A stretch of DNA of 32,000 nt from Dickeya dadantii NCPPB 898 (GCF_000406145.1 NZ_CM001976.1:2981337-3013336), one strand, 5' to 3'. Shown: positions 10,320 through 19,918, counted from the first letter of the stretch. Program-made: numbers and translations. Notes: a model not told the origin generated them from the sequence alone.

Positions 10320-11381
10320 TACAAGCCCCTTTAATAAAATCCTTTCGATTACAATCCAATTAAAAATCGAGTGGCAAATAATTTATATTTACCAGGCTCC
10401 ATACCTTAAGAAAGTCATTCCATTGCAAGATGGGCCATCGGCAAGCCATCTCGACCCGGATAGTCGGGAAACAGGGTGAGGTAACAGCACAGAGCTCTTA
10501 CCTGCATGCCATGCAGCAGAGTCTGTATGATGGAACCCGGTATGGGTGAAAGTCGAACCAATCCAGTTGACGCAATGTGCACGCCAACGCGTTATTCCAG
10601 TCCTGGAAATCATTTTATCCTCCATGATCATCAATTCCCGCCATCAATCGGCAGGTGAAGTAACCATGCCACGGTTCAGGCCAAAACCTAAACCGCGGCA
10701 CGGTTATTTATTCCGGCTATTGATTAACAATAATCGGATGCGGCATCCTGCCATCCCCATTATCAGCGCAATCACATTGTCGTAGACCACGCTGATAGCG
10801 GATTGTTTCACATTATAAAAGGAATGGTAAGTGCGTTGTTGTGAATACAAAAAAAAATCTTACAGAATTTTCTACCTCATCACGTGATAACACGCGTGAC
10901 TGTTCATGCAAGAAATACCCTTACGCCAAAAAATTTTTCTTCTGAAATTAGCGTCAGTCTACGATAGAACAGAAAAATGCTCGACGAATTTTGGGAAAAC
11001 CAGTCAAATATTTACGCTTTCAGGATAATTTTCTAACAGAAAAGTGAATCTTATTTCATTCAGATATCTTTTTTGTGTTACATGCTTTGTGATTATTGCC
11101 TGCCATTATGCGCTATGGGTTTCACCTGGTTTTGAAGGATTATCATCCGGAGAGTATCACTTTCCCGCCATTTATCGTCTCCTTTATGGTTGAGTAGGTG
11201 CAACGCAATAAGAATTCCGTCAGATTATCTGCAATCGTCGCCTACGATCTTGTCACGCACAGGTATCGCTCACGTTGCCACAGGCGCTTTCGCCCCTGAT
11301 ATCTGCGATCCGCGAGCCAAAGGAAAAATGGGAGGTTAGGAAGAAACAAAATCAGAGGTGAGATGAATGAAGGAGGAATAG

Positions 11382-11410
11382 ATGCTGTATCCTTACTGCG
11401 GATACAGCAT
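11382..11410 (-). terminator. Perfect 11-bp stem-loop 13 nt downstream of the Arc-like ORF (probable terminator)
   Basis: ATGCTGTATCC (11382-11392) pairs with GGATACAGCAT (11400-11410) around a 7-nt loop. On the - strand it is followed by a pyrimidine/U-rich tract (CUAUUCCUCCUUCAUUCAUCUC...), not a clean U-run. Confidence 0.55.
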
Positions 11411-11423
11411 ACGAGAACCGAAA

Positions 11424-11699
11424 TTACTTCTTCCTGGAAACGCCCTTGCCTTTCAGCAACTGACGAAGTTTTTTGATTTCCTTCGCCGTCAGCGGTTGCT
11501 CCACGATCTCTTCCGTATTCTGGCTATCAACGATCTCTGCCTCATCAGCGTCATGGGCATGGTCTTCGATATCAAAACTTTTCAGCAAACGAGCACTGAC
11601 CTCAGCACTGATCGAGACCTCGTTTTCCAGCGCAGCAGCTTTGATCTTTTCTTTCAGATCCAACGGGATTTTCAGTGACAGACTTGATATCTCGCTCAT
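11424..11699 (-). CDS. Arc/Mnt-type ribbon-helix-helix DNA-binding protein (orphan)
   Basis: 91 aa. The N-terminus SLSLKIPLDLKEKIKAAALENEVSISAEVSARLLKSF is a textbook RHH (beta strand plus helix-turn-helix). It is followed by an acidic linker and a basic tail (KKLRQLLKGKGVSRKK). AAAGGT lies 7 nt upstream of the ATG. A fully overlapping + strand ORF exists (see findings). Confidence 0.65.
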   Translation of the reverse strand: MSEISSLSLKIPLDLKEKIKAAALENEVSISAEVSARLLKSFDIEDHAHDADEAEIVDSQNTEEIVEQPLTAKEIKKLRQLLKGKGVSRKK

Positions 11700-12255
11700 T
11701 TCATTACCTTTATGGCAGGAGAAAATCTCAAGCTATGCCAGTATCCTGACAAAGTCCATACTGAAACAAAAAATTAATATAAATGTCATGAAAACCACAA
11801 AAAAATATAAAAAAATCATACTTTGGATGTGATATATATCTCAGTTTTATCTCACATTTTTCATCCAGGCTTTTATCTTTATCAAATCGACTATCTGCGC
11901 CGGATCGATTTAACATTTCCATCTATCCGTTCCACCGGTAAATAAATAGCCGCTGGAAAAATTATCAATCGAGGTTCGGATTCTTCTGGATCTGTATTCT
12001 TTGACACGTCCGTCAAAAATAAATGAGAACTCCGCGTAATATTATTACAAGGAATGCATAGCTGACCGATGGCGCTCACAACGCTATGCCATGCCGTTAA
12101 CACTTAACGTTGTTAACATTTAACTGGCACATCAACCGGCGGATGCAGATAACGGTTAGCCGCCGCGTTGACGAGAACCAAAGTGTCCCGCCAACGCCCG
12201 CACAGCAGGGGTTGTCTATCGGCGAGCTCATCCAGGCATCGGGCAGGTTAATCGA

Positions 12256-12284
12256 TTGATCGAAAAGTTTTAACAGCATAGAAT
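12256..12284 (+). promoter_or_regulatory. Sigma70-type promoter candidate TTGATC-N17-TAGAAT
   Basis: TTGATC (12256-12261), a 17-nt spacer, then TAGAAT (12279-12284). This lies about 30 nt upstream of the GTG start at 12315. Confidence 0.5.
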
Positions 12285-12314
12285 ACGCGCCCCTGTAACC
12301 ATAAGGAAGTAAAT

Positions 12315-12500
12315 GTGTCACACCATCACCTGTGGGAAATGATCAGAATCCTCTATTTCCTGGGCCTTTCGGTCTCGACGCTATTTACTTTTTTTATGAG
12401 CAAAGATAATTCTCTGACCATGCGCTTTCTGGCATCTATATTAATCGGCGTCACCTGGCCATTAAGTTTTCCCGTGGTCATCGTTTTTTCATTTTTTTAA
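12315..12500 (+). CDS. Hypothetical small two-TM membrane protein (61 aa, GTG start)
   Basis: AAGGAAG (12303-12309) lies 5 nt before GTG 12315. The product MSHHHLWEMIRILYFLGLSVSTLFTFFMSKDNSLTMRFLASILIGVTWPLSFPVVIVFSFF has two clear hydrophobic helices, and a good promoter lies upstream. I do not recognise a homologue. Confidence 0.45.
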   Translation: MSHHHLWEMIRILYFLGLSVSTLFTFFMSKDNSLTMRFLASILIGVTWPLSFPVVIVFSFF

Positions 12501-12565
12501 TTATTATCACTTAATGAATTAGCAGACATGATATTTGCAGCCCGGTTCAACTGCGGGTAGCACGG

Positions 12566-12603
12566 AGAGAAAAGAACACCAGCGCTGATGCGGGTTCGGT
12601 GTT
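12566..12603 (-). terminator. Imperfect terminator-like hairpin downstream of matP
   Basis: On the - strand, AACACC pairs with GGUGUU across a 17-nt partly paired loop, followed by CUUUUCUCUCC. The structure is weak. Confidence 0.35.
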
Positions 12604-12645
12604 AATAATCAGACCGCGTCCTGCCGCCGGCATACATTAATTAGG

Positions 12646-13110
12646 CTATTCGTTTTCCGGCGGCTGGCTCAACATCGCTTGCAGATCCTGCCTGAGCAGC
12701 GACATCTGGCTGGCATATTTCTCTTTATGCTCCGCGTCTTCAATCAACTGCACGATCGTCTCCGATAGGGTAATGCCGCGGCGTTGCGCCAGCGCCGCCA
12801 GGCGCTGCCAGACCAGATATTCAAGATCGATGGATTTTTTGCGGGTATGCTGGTGCTCTGCGTTGAAGTGCCTTTTGCGCCGGGCGCGAATCGTCTGTTT
12901 CATGCGGTTTTCCAGCGCCGGATTCATGCACTGTGCAATCCACTCCAGCACCAGCGCTGGCTGGCTTTCCATTTTCAGCAACCGACCTACGGCTTCATCG
13001 GCCGCGCTTTGTTCGATAAAGCGCGTAACTGGTTCACCTTCGCGATGTTTTTTGACCAAGTACTTCCACTTCCAGCCGCACTCAAGATTTTTTAGTTGTT
13101 GATATTTCAT
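12646..13110 (-). CDS. matP: Macrodomain Ter organiser protein MatP (YcbG)
   Basis: 154 aa. [26 protein letters not shown]...[64 protein letters not shown] is nearly identical in pattern to remembered E. coli MatP. It is adjacent to ycbZ and fabA, as in E. coli. Confidence 0.95.
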   Translation of the reverse strand: MKYQQLKNLECGWKWKYLVKKHREGEPVTRFIEQSAADEAVGRLLKMESQPALVLEWIAQCMNPALENRMKQTIRARRKRHFNAEHQHTRKKSIDLEYLVWQRLAALAQRRGITLSETIVQLIEDAEHKEKYASQMSLLRQDLQAMLSQPPENE

Positions 13111-13320
13111 ACATTATTCTTTAGTGACCGTGTAACGTGCCTGAACTTGTCTCCATTGTTGCCCGATATTCCCGTTTCAGGCAATGCCTGACTGCCTATT
13201 TTTCGTCCAAAAATTCGCCTATAGATGTTCTCTTGTTCGCATCTCCGGACTCAGCGCATATGCAGCCCCAAGAATTCTTGTATAATTGCGGTTTTCCTTT
13301 AAACGATTACAGCAGATACT

Positions 13321-15051
13321 TTGACCAGCAACCGACTCGAATGGCAGCAACTGCTGCCCGATCATACGCCATATCAGACGTTATTCTCCCAGGCAGCCCA
13401 ACTTGCCCCCGCCGAGTTCTCCGCGGTACAGCCGCGCCTGGCCGATGCGCTAACGATTTTCTGCCATCCCCGCTCGCCTTCCCGCTTCATGTTATTGAAG
13501 GCGCAGGAGAACAACGCCTATCTGGCATTGATTGCCAATGCCATCGCTCATCTGCCAGCCCGTCAATCGGAAACGCTGCATGGTAACCGTTATCAGATCG
13601 ACGGCCGTCAGATCAGTATCCAGCCGGCCCAGTATCCGGACGACAATTTTGCGGCCACCCTGCGCTGCGGCTATCAGGAGTGGATCGAGCCGGAACAGTT
13701 GTTTGGCTGCGTGAGGATGTATCAGGACGATATCAGCCTACAGCCCGGCCTGCTCCATCGCGTCAACGGCGGCACGTTGATTCTGTCCGCCCGAACATTG
13801 CTGGCTCAGCCGCTGATGTGGCTGCGACTCAAGCAGATCATTATTGACGGTCAGTACCACTGGCTGTCTCCCGACGAACGGCGGCCCTTGCCGGTGGCTA
13901 TTCCACCGATGCCTGTCGATCTGCGTCTGATTGTGCTCGGCGATCGTGAAAGCCTTGGCGATATCCATGAGATGGAGCCGGAGCTGGGCGAACTGGCAAT
14001 CTATGGCGAATTTGAATCACAATTGCAACTGATCGAACCCGAAGACATGGTGCACTGGTGTTCCTACATCAATGCGCTCTGTCTGGAAAACCAGTTGCCG
14101 CTGCTGGCCGCCGATGCCTGGCCGGAACTGTTTACGCTGGCGGTGCGTTACAGCGGCGATCAGGGTAATGTCCCCTTGTGCCCGCAATGGCTGCTCCATC
14201 AACTCAAACACGCCGCGCTCTATGCCCGTGAGGAAGACATCACCGGACAGGCTATTATTGATGCCGTGACCGCGCGCCGCTGGCGTGAAGGTTACTTGTC
14301 CGAACGGATGCAGGACGAAATCGAGCTTGGTCAAATCTTGATCGAAACCGAAGGCGACATGATCGGTCAGGTTAACGGTCTGTCGGTGCTGGAGTATCCC
14401 GGTTATCCGCTGATGTTCGGCGAACCGACCCGCATCAGTTGCGTGGTGCATCCCGGCGACGGCGAACTGACCGACGTCGAGCGCAAAGCCGAACTGGGCG
14501 GCAATCTGCATGCCAAAGGCATGATGATTATGCAGGCGTTCCTGATTTCCGAGCTGGAACTGGAACAGCAGTTGCCATTCTCCGCATCGATTGTATTTGA
14601 ACAGTCCTACAGCGAAGTCGATGGCGACAGCGCCTCGCTGGCTGAGCTCAGCGCGCTGGTCAGCGCGCTATCGCTGCTCCCCATCAATCAACAACTGGCC
14701 GTGACCGGTTCTGTCGACCAGTTTGGGCACGTGCAACCGATCGGCGGCGTTAACGAAAAGATCGAAGGATTTTTCGAAGTATGCCAGCGCCGTGGTCTGA
14801 CCGGCAAACAGGGTGTGATCATTCCTGCGACCAATCAGCGTCATTTGTGTTTGCAGCCGGAAGTGGTCGACGCGGTACGCGAAGGACAATTCCATATCTA
14901 TGTTGTAGATTCAGTGGCCGAAGCGCTAATGCTGTTAACCCAAATGCCGTACGATGACGATCGGCAACCCAGTCTATTGGCGGCTATCCGCGAGCGAATC
15001 GCGCAGTTGGCGCCTCCGGAACGCCGTCGCTTCCCGTGGTTTTTCCGTTGA
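13321..15051 (+). CDS. ycbZ: Lon-protease-like protein YcbZ (LonH-type, lacks the AAA+ module of LonA)
   Basis: 576 aa, colinear with remembered E. coli YcbZ (...LQPGL.H..NGG.LI.S.RTLLAQPL.W.RLK...RISCVVH.GDGE.TD.ERKAELGGN.HAKGMMIMQAF...FEQSYSEVDGDSAS.AEL.AL.SAL...NEKIEGFF). TTG at 13321 is the first start after an in-frame TAA (13300-13302). A perfect TATAAT lies at 13281-13286. Confidence 0.9.
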   Translation: MTSNRLEWQQLLPDHTPYQTLFSQAAQLAPAEFSAVQPRLADALTIFCHPRSPSRFMLLKAQENNAYLALIANAIAHLPARQSETLHGNRYQIDGRQISIQPAQYPDDNFAATLRCGYQEWIEPEQLFGCVRMYQDDISLQPGLLHRVNGGTLILSARTLLAQPLMWLRLKQIIIDGQYHWLSPDERRPLPVAIPPMPVDLRLIVLGDRESLGDIHEMEPELGELAIYGEFESQLQLIEPEDMVHWCSYINALCLENQLPLLAADAWPELFTLAVRYSGDQGNVPLCPQWLLHQLKHAALYAREEDITGQAIIDAVTARRWREGYLSERMQDEIELGQILIETEGDMIGQVNGLSVLEYPGYPLMFGEPTRISCVVHPGDGELTDVERKAELGGNLHAKGMMIMQAFLISELELEQQLPFSASIVFEQSYSEVDGDSASLAELSALVSALSLLPINQQLAVTGSVDQFGHVQPIGGVNEKIEGFFEVCQRRGLTGKQGVIIPATNQRHLCLQPEVVDAVREGQFHIYVVDSVAEALMLLTQMPYDDDRQPSLLAAIRERIAQLAPPERRRFPWFFR

Positions 15052-15086
15052 GGAAACTGGTTGGGCCAGAAGCAACAGACTTGCTC

Positions 15087-15104
15087 AGCGTACATCTGTA
15101 CGCT
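15087..15104. promoter_or_regulatory. FabR-type operator palindrome in the fabA promoter
   Basis: AGCGTACA-TC-TGTACGCT is a perfect 8+8 inverted repeat. It sits where E. coli fabA carries AGCGTACACGTGTTAGCT (from memory). The downstream CCTGCGTGCT..A..GGCTTA.AGAAACATG is also conserved. Confidence 0.55.
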
Positions 15105-15141
15105 AACCTGCGTGCTCCACAAAAACAGGGCTTATAGAAAC

Positions 15142-15660
15142 ATGGTAGACAAACGCGATTCCTATTCCAAAGAAGACCTTTTCGCCAGCGGACGCGGTGA
15201 ACTGTTTGGGCCGCTGGGGCCACAACTGCCGGCTGGCAACATGCTGATGATGGATCGTGTCATTTCGATGACCGAAGAAGGCGGTCTGCATGGAAAAGGC
15301 TATGTGGAAGCAGAACTGGATATCCGTCCGGATCTGTGGTTTTTCGGTTGCCACTTTATCGGCGATCCGGTGATGCCAGGCTGCCTGGGTCTGGATGCCA
15401 TGTGGCAGTTGGTAGGCTTCTATCTCGGCTGGCTGGGTGGCGAAGGAAAAGGCCGCGCGCTGGGCGTAGGCGAAGTGAAATTCACCGGTCAGGTGCTGCC
15501 AGAAGCGAAAAAAGTGACTTATCGCATTCACTTTAAACGCGTTATCAACCGTAGGCTGATCATGGGTATCGCTGATGGTGAAGTTCTGGTGGACGGTCGT
15601 CTCATCTATACCGCAACCGACCTAAAAGTGGGTCTGTTTAAAGACACCAGTACCTTCTGA
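15142..15660 (+). CDS. fabA: 3-hydroxydecanoyl-ACP dehydratase/isomerase FabA
   Basis: Starting from the Met at 15142: [23 protein letters not shown]...[68 protein letters not shown]... This is almost identical to E. coli FabA. The ORF-track start at 15061 adds 27 non-homologous codons. Confidence 0.97.
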   Translation: MVDKRDSYSKEDLFASGRGELFGPLGPQLPAGNMLMMDRVISMTEEGGLHGKGYVEAELDIRPDLWFFGCHFIGDPVMPGCLGLDAMWQLVGFYLGWLGGEGKGRALGVGEVKFTGQVLPEAKKVTYRIHFKRVINRRLIMGIADGEVLVDGRLIYTATDLKVGLFKDTSTF

Positions 15661-15668
15661 TAGCAGAT

Positions 15669-15694
15669 AAAACGCGGCTATAACGCCGCGTTTT
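15669..15694. terminator. Bidirectional intrinsic terminator (fabA, and possibly betA from the other side)
   Basis: AAAACGCGGC (15669-15678) pairs with GCCGCGTTTT (15685-15694) around a 6-nt loop. The A/T runs are built into both arms. Confidence 0.85.
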
Positions 15695-15859
15695 GCTATG
15701 AAGGGCGATTCCTGCGCGGGTTGATGCCCCACCTCTCGACACGCCAGCTGCTTTTTTATCTGCGATTTTCCGGCGCGACCATTCGCCGTATGATTGTTCC
15801 CTCCACGACGACTTTCCTTATGACTACATGCCGCGTAGCGGATGATTTCTGTTGATGGT

Positions 15860-17545
15860 TTATGCCGGATGAGCCAATGCGGAACTCGCAACATAAAAAT
15901 CCGCCTCGCTGGGTGGTAACGGCGTACATCCGCGAATCCGATCGGCGATCTTCTCCGCCATCATGATCGTGGTGGCGTTGAGGTTGCCGGTGATAATCTG
16001 CGGCATGATCGATGCATCCACCACCCGCAATCCGGAAAGCCCGTGCACTCGTCCCTGACCATCCACCACTGCCATTGCATCCTGCCCCATTTTGCAGGAA
16101 CAGCAAGGATGATAGGCGGTTTCCGCCTGCCGGCGAATAAAGGCATCCAGTTCCCTGTCGCTCTGCGCCTGCGGCCCCGGGCTAATTTCACTTCCCCGAT
16201 AACGATCCAATGCCGGTTGCGACATGATTTCCCGGGTAATGCGAATCGCCGCGCGAAATTCCTGCCAGTCCTGTTCGGTCGACATATAGTTGAACAGAAT
16301 ACTCGGATGCTGACGCGGGTCGCGGGATCGCAAATGGATGCGGCCGCGGCTTGGCGAACGCATCGATCCGACATGCGCCTGGAACCCATGCTCACGCACG
16401 GCCTGAGAACCGTTGTAATTGATCGCCACCGGTAAAAAATGGAATTGCAGATTGGGCCAGTCAACGGCCGCGCTGCTGCGGATAAACCCGCCGGCTTCAA
16501 ACTGATTGCTGGCGCCGATGCCGGTGCCGAGAAATAACCATTCGGCGCCGATCTTCGGCTGATTGATCCACTTCAACGCCGGATAAAGCGAAACCGGCTG
16601 TTTACAGCGGTACTGCAGATACATTTCCAGATGATCATGGAGATTCTGCCCGACACCCGGCAAATGCTGCACCAACGGAATATCCAGACTGCGCAACACA
16701 TCCGCCGGCCCGACGCCGGAACGCTGCAATATCTGCGGCGAGGCGATCGCTCCCGCGCACAGCAGGACTTCTCGCCGGGCGAAAACCTGTTGCGGCTGAT
16801 TGCCGTCGCCACGCAGATAACTGACGCCGATGGCCTGCTTGCCGTCGAACAGGAGGCGATCGGTCAGCGCATGGGTCACAATGGTCAGGTTCGGGCGCCC
16901 CCGCGCCATGTCCAGATAACCGCGTGCGGTGCTGGAGCGGCGTCCGTCAGGGGTTACCGTGCGATCCATGGGGCCAAACCCTTCCTGCTGATAGCCGTTC
17001 AGGTCATCCGTACACGGATAACCAGCCTGTACGCCTGCGGCGACCATCGCATGAAAAAGCTCGTTGTTTCCCGCTTTGGGTGTCGTCACACACAACGGAC
17101 CTTGATCGCCATGATAAGCATCGGCGCCGCTGTCGCGCCGTTCCGCCAGGCGAAAATACGGCAGGCAGTCGCGGTAGTGCCAGTCCGCCAGACCGGGCAT
17201 GCTCGCCCAGTGTTCAAAATCCATGGCGTTGCCGCGAATGTAGCACATGCCATTAATCAGCGACGAACCGCCCAATCCTTTACCTCGGCCGCACTCCATG
17301 CGCCGGTTATCCATATGCGGTTCCGGATCGGTTTCATAGGCCCAGTTATAACGCCGCCCCTTTAATGGCCAGGCCAACGCGGCCGGCATCTGAGTCCGAA
17401 AATCCAGCCGGTAGTCCGGTCCGCCCGCCTCCAGCAGCAGAACGCTGACATCCGGGTCTTCCGTCAATCGGGCGGCCAGTACGTTACCGGCAGAGCCGGC
17501 GCCAATAATGATGTAGTCATAATCCATGTCATCCTCCGTCAGCAT
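15860..17545 (-). CDS. betA: Choline dehydrogenase BetA (GMC oxidoreductase)
   Basis: 561 aa. It has the N-terminal FAD fold [22 protein letters not shown] and GMC signatures, and lies last in the betI-betB-betA order. Its start overlaps the betB stop (TAATG). Confidence 0.93.
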   Translation of the reverse strand: MLTEDDMDYDYIIIGAGSAGNVLAARLTEDPDVSVLLLEAGGPDYRLDFRTQMPAALAWPLKGRRYNWAYETDPEPHMDNRRMECGRGKGLGGSSLINGMCYIRGNAMDFEHWASMPGLADWHYRDCLPYFRLAERRDSGADAYHGDQGPLCVTTPKAGNNELFHAMVAAGVQAGYPCTDDLNGYQQEGFGPMDRTVTPDGRRSSTARGYLDMARGRPNLTIVTHALTDRLLFDGKQAIGVSYLRGDGNQPQQVFARREVLLCAGAIASPQILQRSGVGPADVLRSLDIPLVQHLPGVGQNLHDHLEMYLQYRCKQPVSLYPALKWINQPKIGAEWLFLGTGIGASNQFEAGGFIRSSAAVDWPNLQFHFLPVAINYNGSQAVREHGFQAHVGSMRSPSRGRIHLRSRDPRQHPSILFNYMSTEQDWQEFRAAIRITREIMSQPALDRYRGSEISPGPQAQSDRELDAFIRRQAETAYHPCCSCKMGQDAMAVVDGQGRVHGLSGLRVVDASIMPQIITGNLNATTIMMAEKIADRIRGCTPLPPSEADFYVASSALAHPA

Positions 17546-19017
17546 TAAAAAATCGGCTTGAAATCTCCCAGTTCGACCTGAATGGATTTGGTTTGGGTGT
17601 AGCTTTGCAGCGTGACGATGCCATTTTCACGCCCGATGCCCGAGTGCTTGTAACCGCCGACCGGCATTTGCACCGGCGATTCCCCCCAGGTGTTGATCCA
17701 GCCGATCCCGGCCTGCAGCTGCTGGATAACCCGATGCGCCCGACTGATGTCTCGCGTCACCACGCCAGCCGCCAGCCCATAATCGCTAGCATTAGCGCGT
17801 CGAATCACCTCGTCCTCATCGCTATATGTGAGGATGCTCATCACCGGCCCGAAAATCTCTTCGCGTACGATAATCATGTCATCCCGGCAATCGGTGAACA
17901 CCGTCGGAGCCACCCAGGCGCCACGCGCGAATGCCTCGCCTTCCGGCACGCCGCCTCCGGTCAACAATCTGGCGCCTTGAGCTTTGCCAAGTTCGATGTA
18001 ACGCAGCACCGACTCCCGATGGGCAGCGCTCGCCAGCGGACCAAAATTCACCGCCGGGTCGGTCGGCTCACCCATACGGATACGGGCTACGCGCTCAAGA
18101 ATTTTGCGTTCAAAAGCCGGCTTCAGCGCCGTCGGGATAAATACCCGCGTACCATTGGTGCACACCTGTCCGCTACTGAAAAAATTGGCCGCCATGGCGA
18201 TATCGGCAGCCCGATCCAGATCGGCGTCATCAAAAATGATCAGCGGCGATTTGCCGCCCAGTTCCAGGGTCACCGCTTTAAGGCTGGACTCGGCGGCATT
18301 CGCCATCACCGTTTTGCCGCTAACCACGCCGCCGGTAAAAGACACTTTGGCGATGCCGGGATGGCGCGTCAGCGCCTGACCAACGCGCTTTCCGCTGCCG
18401 GTCAGCACATTAAATACACCCGCCGGTAGCCCCGCTTCATGGTAGATCTCCGCCAGTTGCAAAGTTGTCAGTGAGGTCACCTCGCTGGGTTTAAAGATCA
18501 TGGCATTGCCCGCCGCCAGCGCAGGGGCGGATTTCCAGAGCGCGATCTGAATCGGGTAATTCCAGGCGCCAATCGCCGCCACCACGCCCAACGGTTCTCG
18601 CCGGGTATAGACAAAGGACAAGTCGCGCAGCGGGATCTGCTGTCCTTCCAGCGACGGCGCCAGCCCGGCGTAATACTCCAGCACATCAGCCCCGGTGGCG
18701 ATGTCTACCGTTCGGGTTCCCGCCAGCGGTTTGCCGGTATCGTGGGTTTCCATCAGCGCCAGTTCATCATTACGTTCGCGCAGTATCGCCACGGCGCGCT
18801 GCAATACTCGCGCCCGTTGCATCGCGGTCATCGCCGCCCACAGCTGCTGTCCATGCTGCGCAGATGTAACCGCCCGCTCAATGTCGCCGGCCGTGGCTTC
18901 CTGTAACTGGGCAATAACCTCGCCCGTCGCCGGGTTGACGGCAGGAAATCTGTCGCGGCCGTCGCTATTGACCCGCTCTCCGTGGATAAACAACGGCTGT
19001 AAACCATAAAGTGACAT
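17545..19017 (-). CDS. betB: Betaine aldehyde dehydrogenase BetB
   Basis: 490 aa aldehyde dehydrogenase (ELGGKSP, ...[13 protein letters not shown] catalytic Cys region) lying between betI and betA. Confidence 0.93.
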   Translation of the reverse strand: MSLYGLQPLFIHGERVNSDGRDRFPAVNPATGEVIAQLQEATAGDIERAVTSAQHGQQLWAAMTAMQRARVLQRAVAILRERNDELALMETHDTGKPLAGTRTVDIATGADVLEYYAGLAPSLEGQQIPLRDLSFVYTRREPLGVVAAIGAWNYPIQIALWKSAPALAAGNAMIFKPSEVTSLTTLQLAEIYHEAGLPAGVFNVLTGSGKRVGQALTRHPGIAKVSFTGGVVSGKTVMANAAESSLKAVTLELGGKSPLIIFDDADLDRAADIAMAANFFSSGQVCTNGTRVFIPTALKPAFERKILERVARIRMGEPTDPAVNFGPLASAAHRESVLRYIELGKAQGARLLTGGGVPEGEAFARGAWVAPTVFTDCRDDMIIVREEIFGPVMSILTYSDEDEVIRRANASDYGLAAGVVTRDISRAHRVIQQLQAGIGWINTWGESPVQMPVGGYKHSGIGRENGIVTLQSYTQTKSIQVELGDFKPIF

Positions 19018-19019
19018 GA

Positions 19020-19634
19020 TCAGTTCTCCTGTTCAGGTACGGCGCAAGGCGCCGTCTTCAGCAGACAGTCGATAAAGTGGCAGGCCACCGCCAAAGGCTC
19101 CTCCCGACTTCCCCCGTTGTCGCTCAACGCACTGCGCAGCCATAATCCGTCAATCAACCCCGCCAGACCTCTTGCCGCGCGGCGTGCCTCTTCACGCGGC
19201 AAGCAGCGACGAAATTCGACACACAGGTTGGAATAGAGCCTGCGACTACTGACGCGCTGTAGCCGGTAAAGATTGGGGGAATGCATGCTGCTGGCCCAAA
19301 AGGCCAGCCAGGTTTTCATCGCAGCCGCGTTGGTCTGGCTCGCATCGAAATTACCCGCCACCATCGCCCGCAAACGTAATTTGGGATCGTCGGAGGTCAG
19401 TGCGGTCAGGCGCGTCCTGACGGCGGTACCCAGTAGGCGCAGCAGATGACGCATGGTGGCGTCAAGCAGGCCATTCTTGTCCTGAAAATAGTGGCTGATG
19501 ATGCCGTTAGAAACGCCTGCCCGCCGGGCAATCTGCGCAATGGACGCCTCATGTAGCCCGACTTCGTCAATCGCCATCAACGTGGCGTCAATCAATTGCT
19601 GTCGCCTGATCGGTTGCATCCCGACTTTGGGCAT
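19020..19634 (-). CDS. betI: TetR-family choline-responsive repressor BetI
   Basis: [57 protein letters not shown] parallels E. coli BetI (MPKLGMQSIRRRQLIDATL...). I start at the ATG at 19634, 8 nt downstream of GGAGG; the ORF-track start at 19640 is 2 codons longer. Confidence 0.92.
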   Translation of the reverse strand: MPKVGMQPIRRQQLIDATLMAIDEVGLHEASIAQIARRAGVSNGIISHYFQDKNGLLDATMRHLLRLLGTAVRTRLTALTSDDPKLRLRAMVAGNFDASQTNAAAMKTWLAFWASSMHSPNLYRLQRVSSRRLYSNLCVEFRRCLPREEARRAARGLAGLIDGLWLRSALSDNGGSREEPLAVACHFIDCLLKTAPCAVPEQEN

Positions 19635-19714
19635 AAACACCTCCTGCCGCGGACGCAGTACGGCTACGTCCGCCGAATTGTTGTCTGGTTATCAGGGTCC
19701 ATTGAAACTTTTTT

Positions 19715-19733
19715 TAATTGAACGATCAATCAA
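19715..19733. promoter_or_regulatory. Candidate BetI operator (imperfect palindrome) overlapping a betI promoter candidate
   Basis: TTAATTGAACGATCAATCAA has the core ATTGAAC|GATCAAT with 6/7 symmetric positions. It resembles the TTGA..CGTTCAAT-type bet operator as I recall it. On the - strand TTGATC-N17-TTCAAT gives a plausible -35/-10 overlapping it. Confidence 0.45.
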
Positions 19734-19918
19734 AAATAAATCGACCGGCGAGTAATCGCAGAAGTGACGACGACCGCGAGAGATCGATCAGGTCACGTTT
19801 TTGCGATCAATTCCGGATTCTGGTGGTTTGCGGTTTCCGGCGAGCAAGGTATACTGGGCTATCGAAATGAAATAGTGTTTTAAAAAATGCAGTTGTCCGC
19901 ACATATAAAGGAACGAAC

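Noticed and set aside
10389-10785. Two overlapping 79-81-aa ORFs on opposite strands upstream of the MCP gene
   Set aside because: Neither has an RBS or protein-like composition, and they overlap each other. I treat the region as non-coding or decayed (see finding).
13124-13136. matS-like sequence GTGACCGTGTAAC just upstream of matP
   Set aside because: It departs from GTGACRNYGTCAC in the spacer and in the second arm (GTAAC). A single degenerate site outside a Ter context is not meaningful.
13137-13586. 149-aa + strand ORF spanning the matP-ycbZ gap
   Set aside because: It is out of frame with, and overlaps, the well-supported ycbZ N-terminus. It has no RBS or recognisable sequence.
15061-15141. 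ORF-track start of fabA at 15061
   Set aside because: The homologous FabA N-terminus (MVDKR...) begins at 15142. The upstream 27 codons cover the FabR/FadR operator region.
16631-18429. 244-aa and 278-aa + strand ORFs inside betA and betB
   Set aside because: These are antisense shadows of well-recognised bet genes in GC-rich coding DNA.
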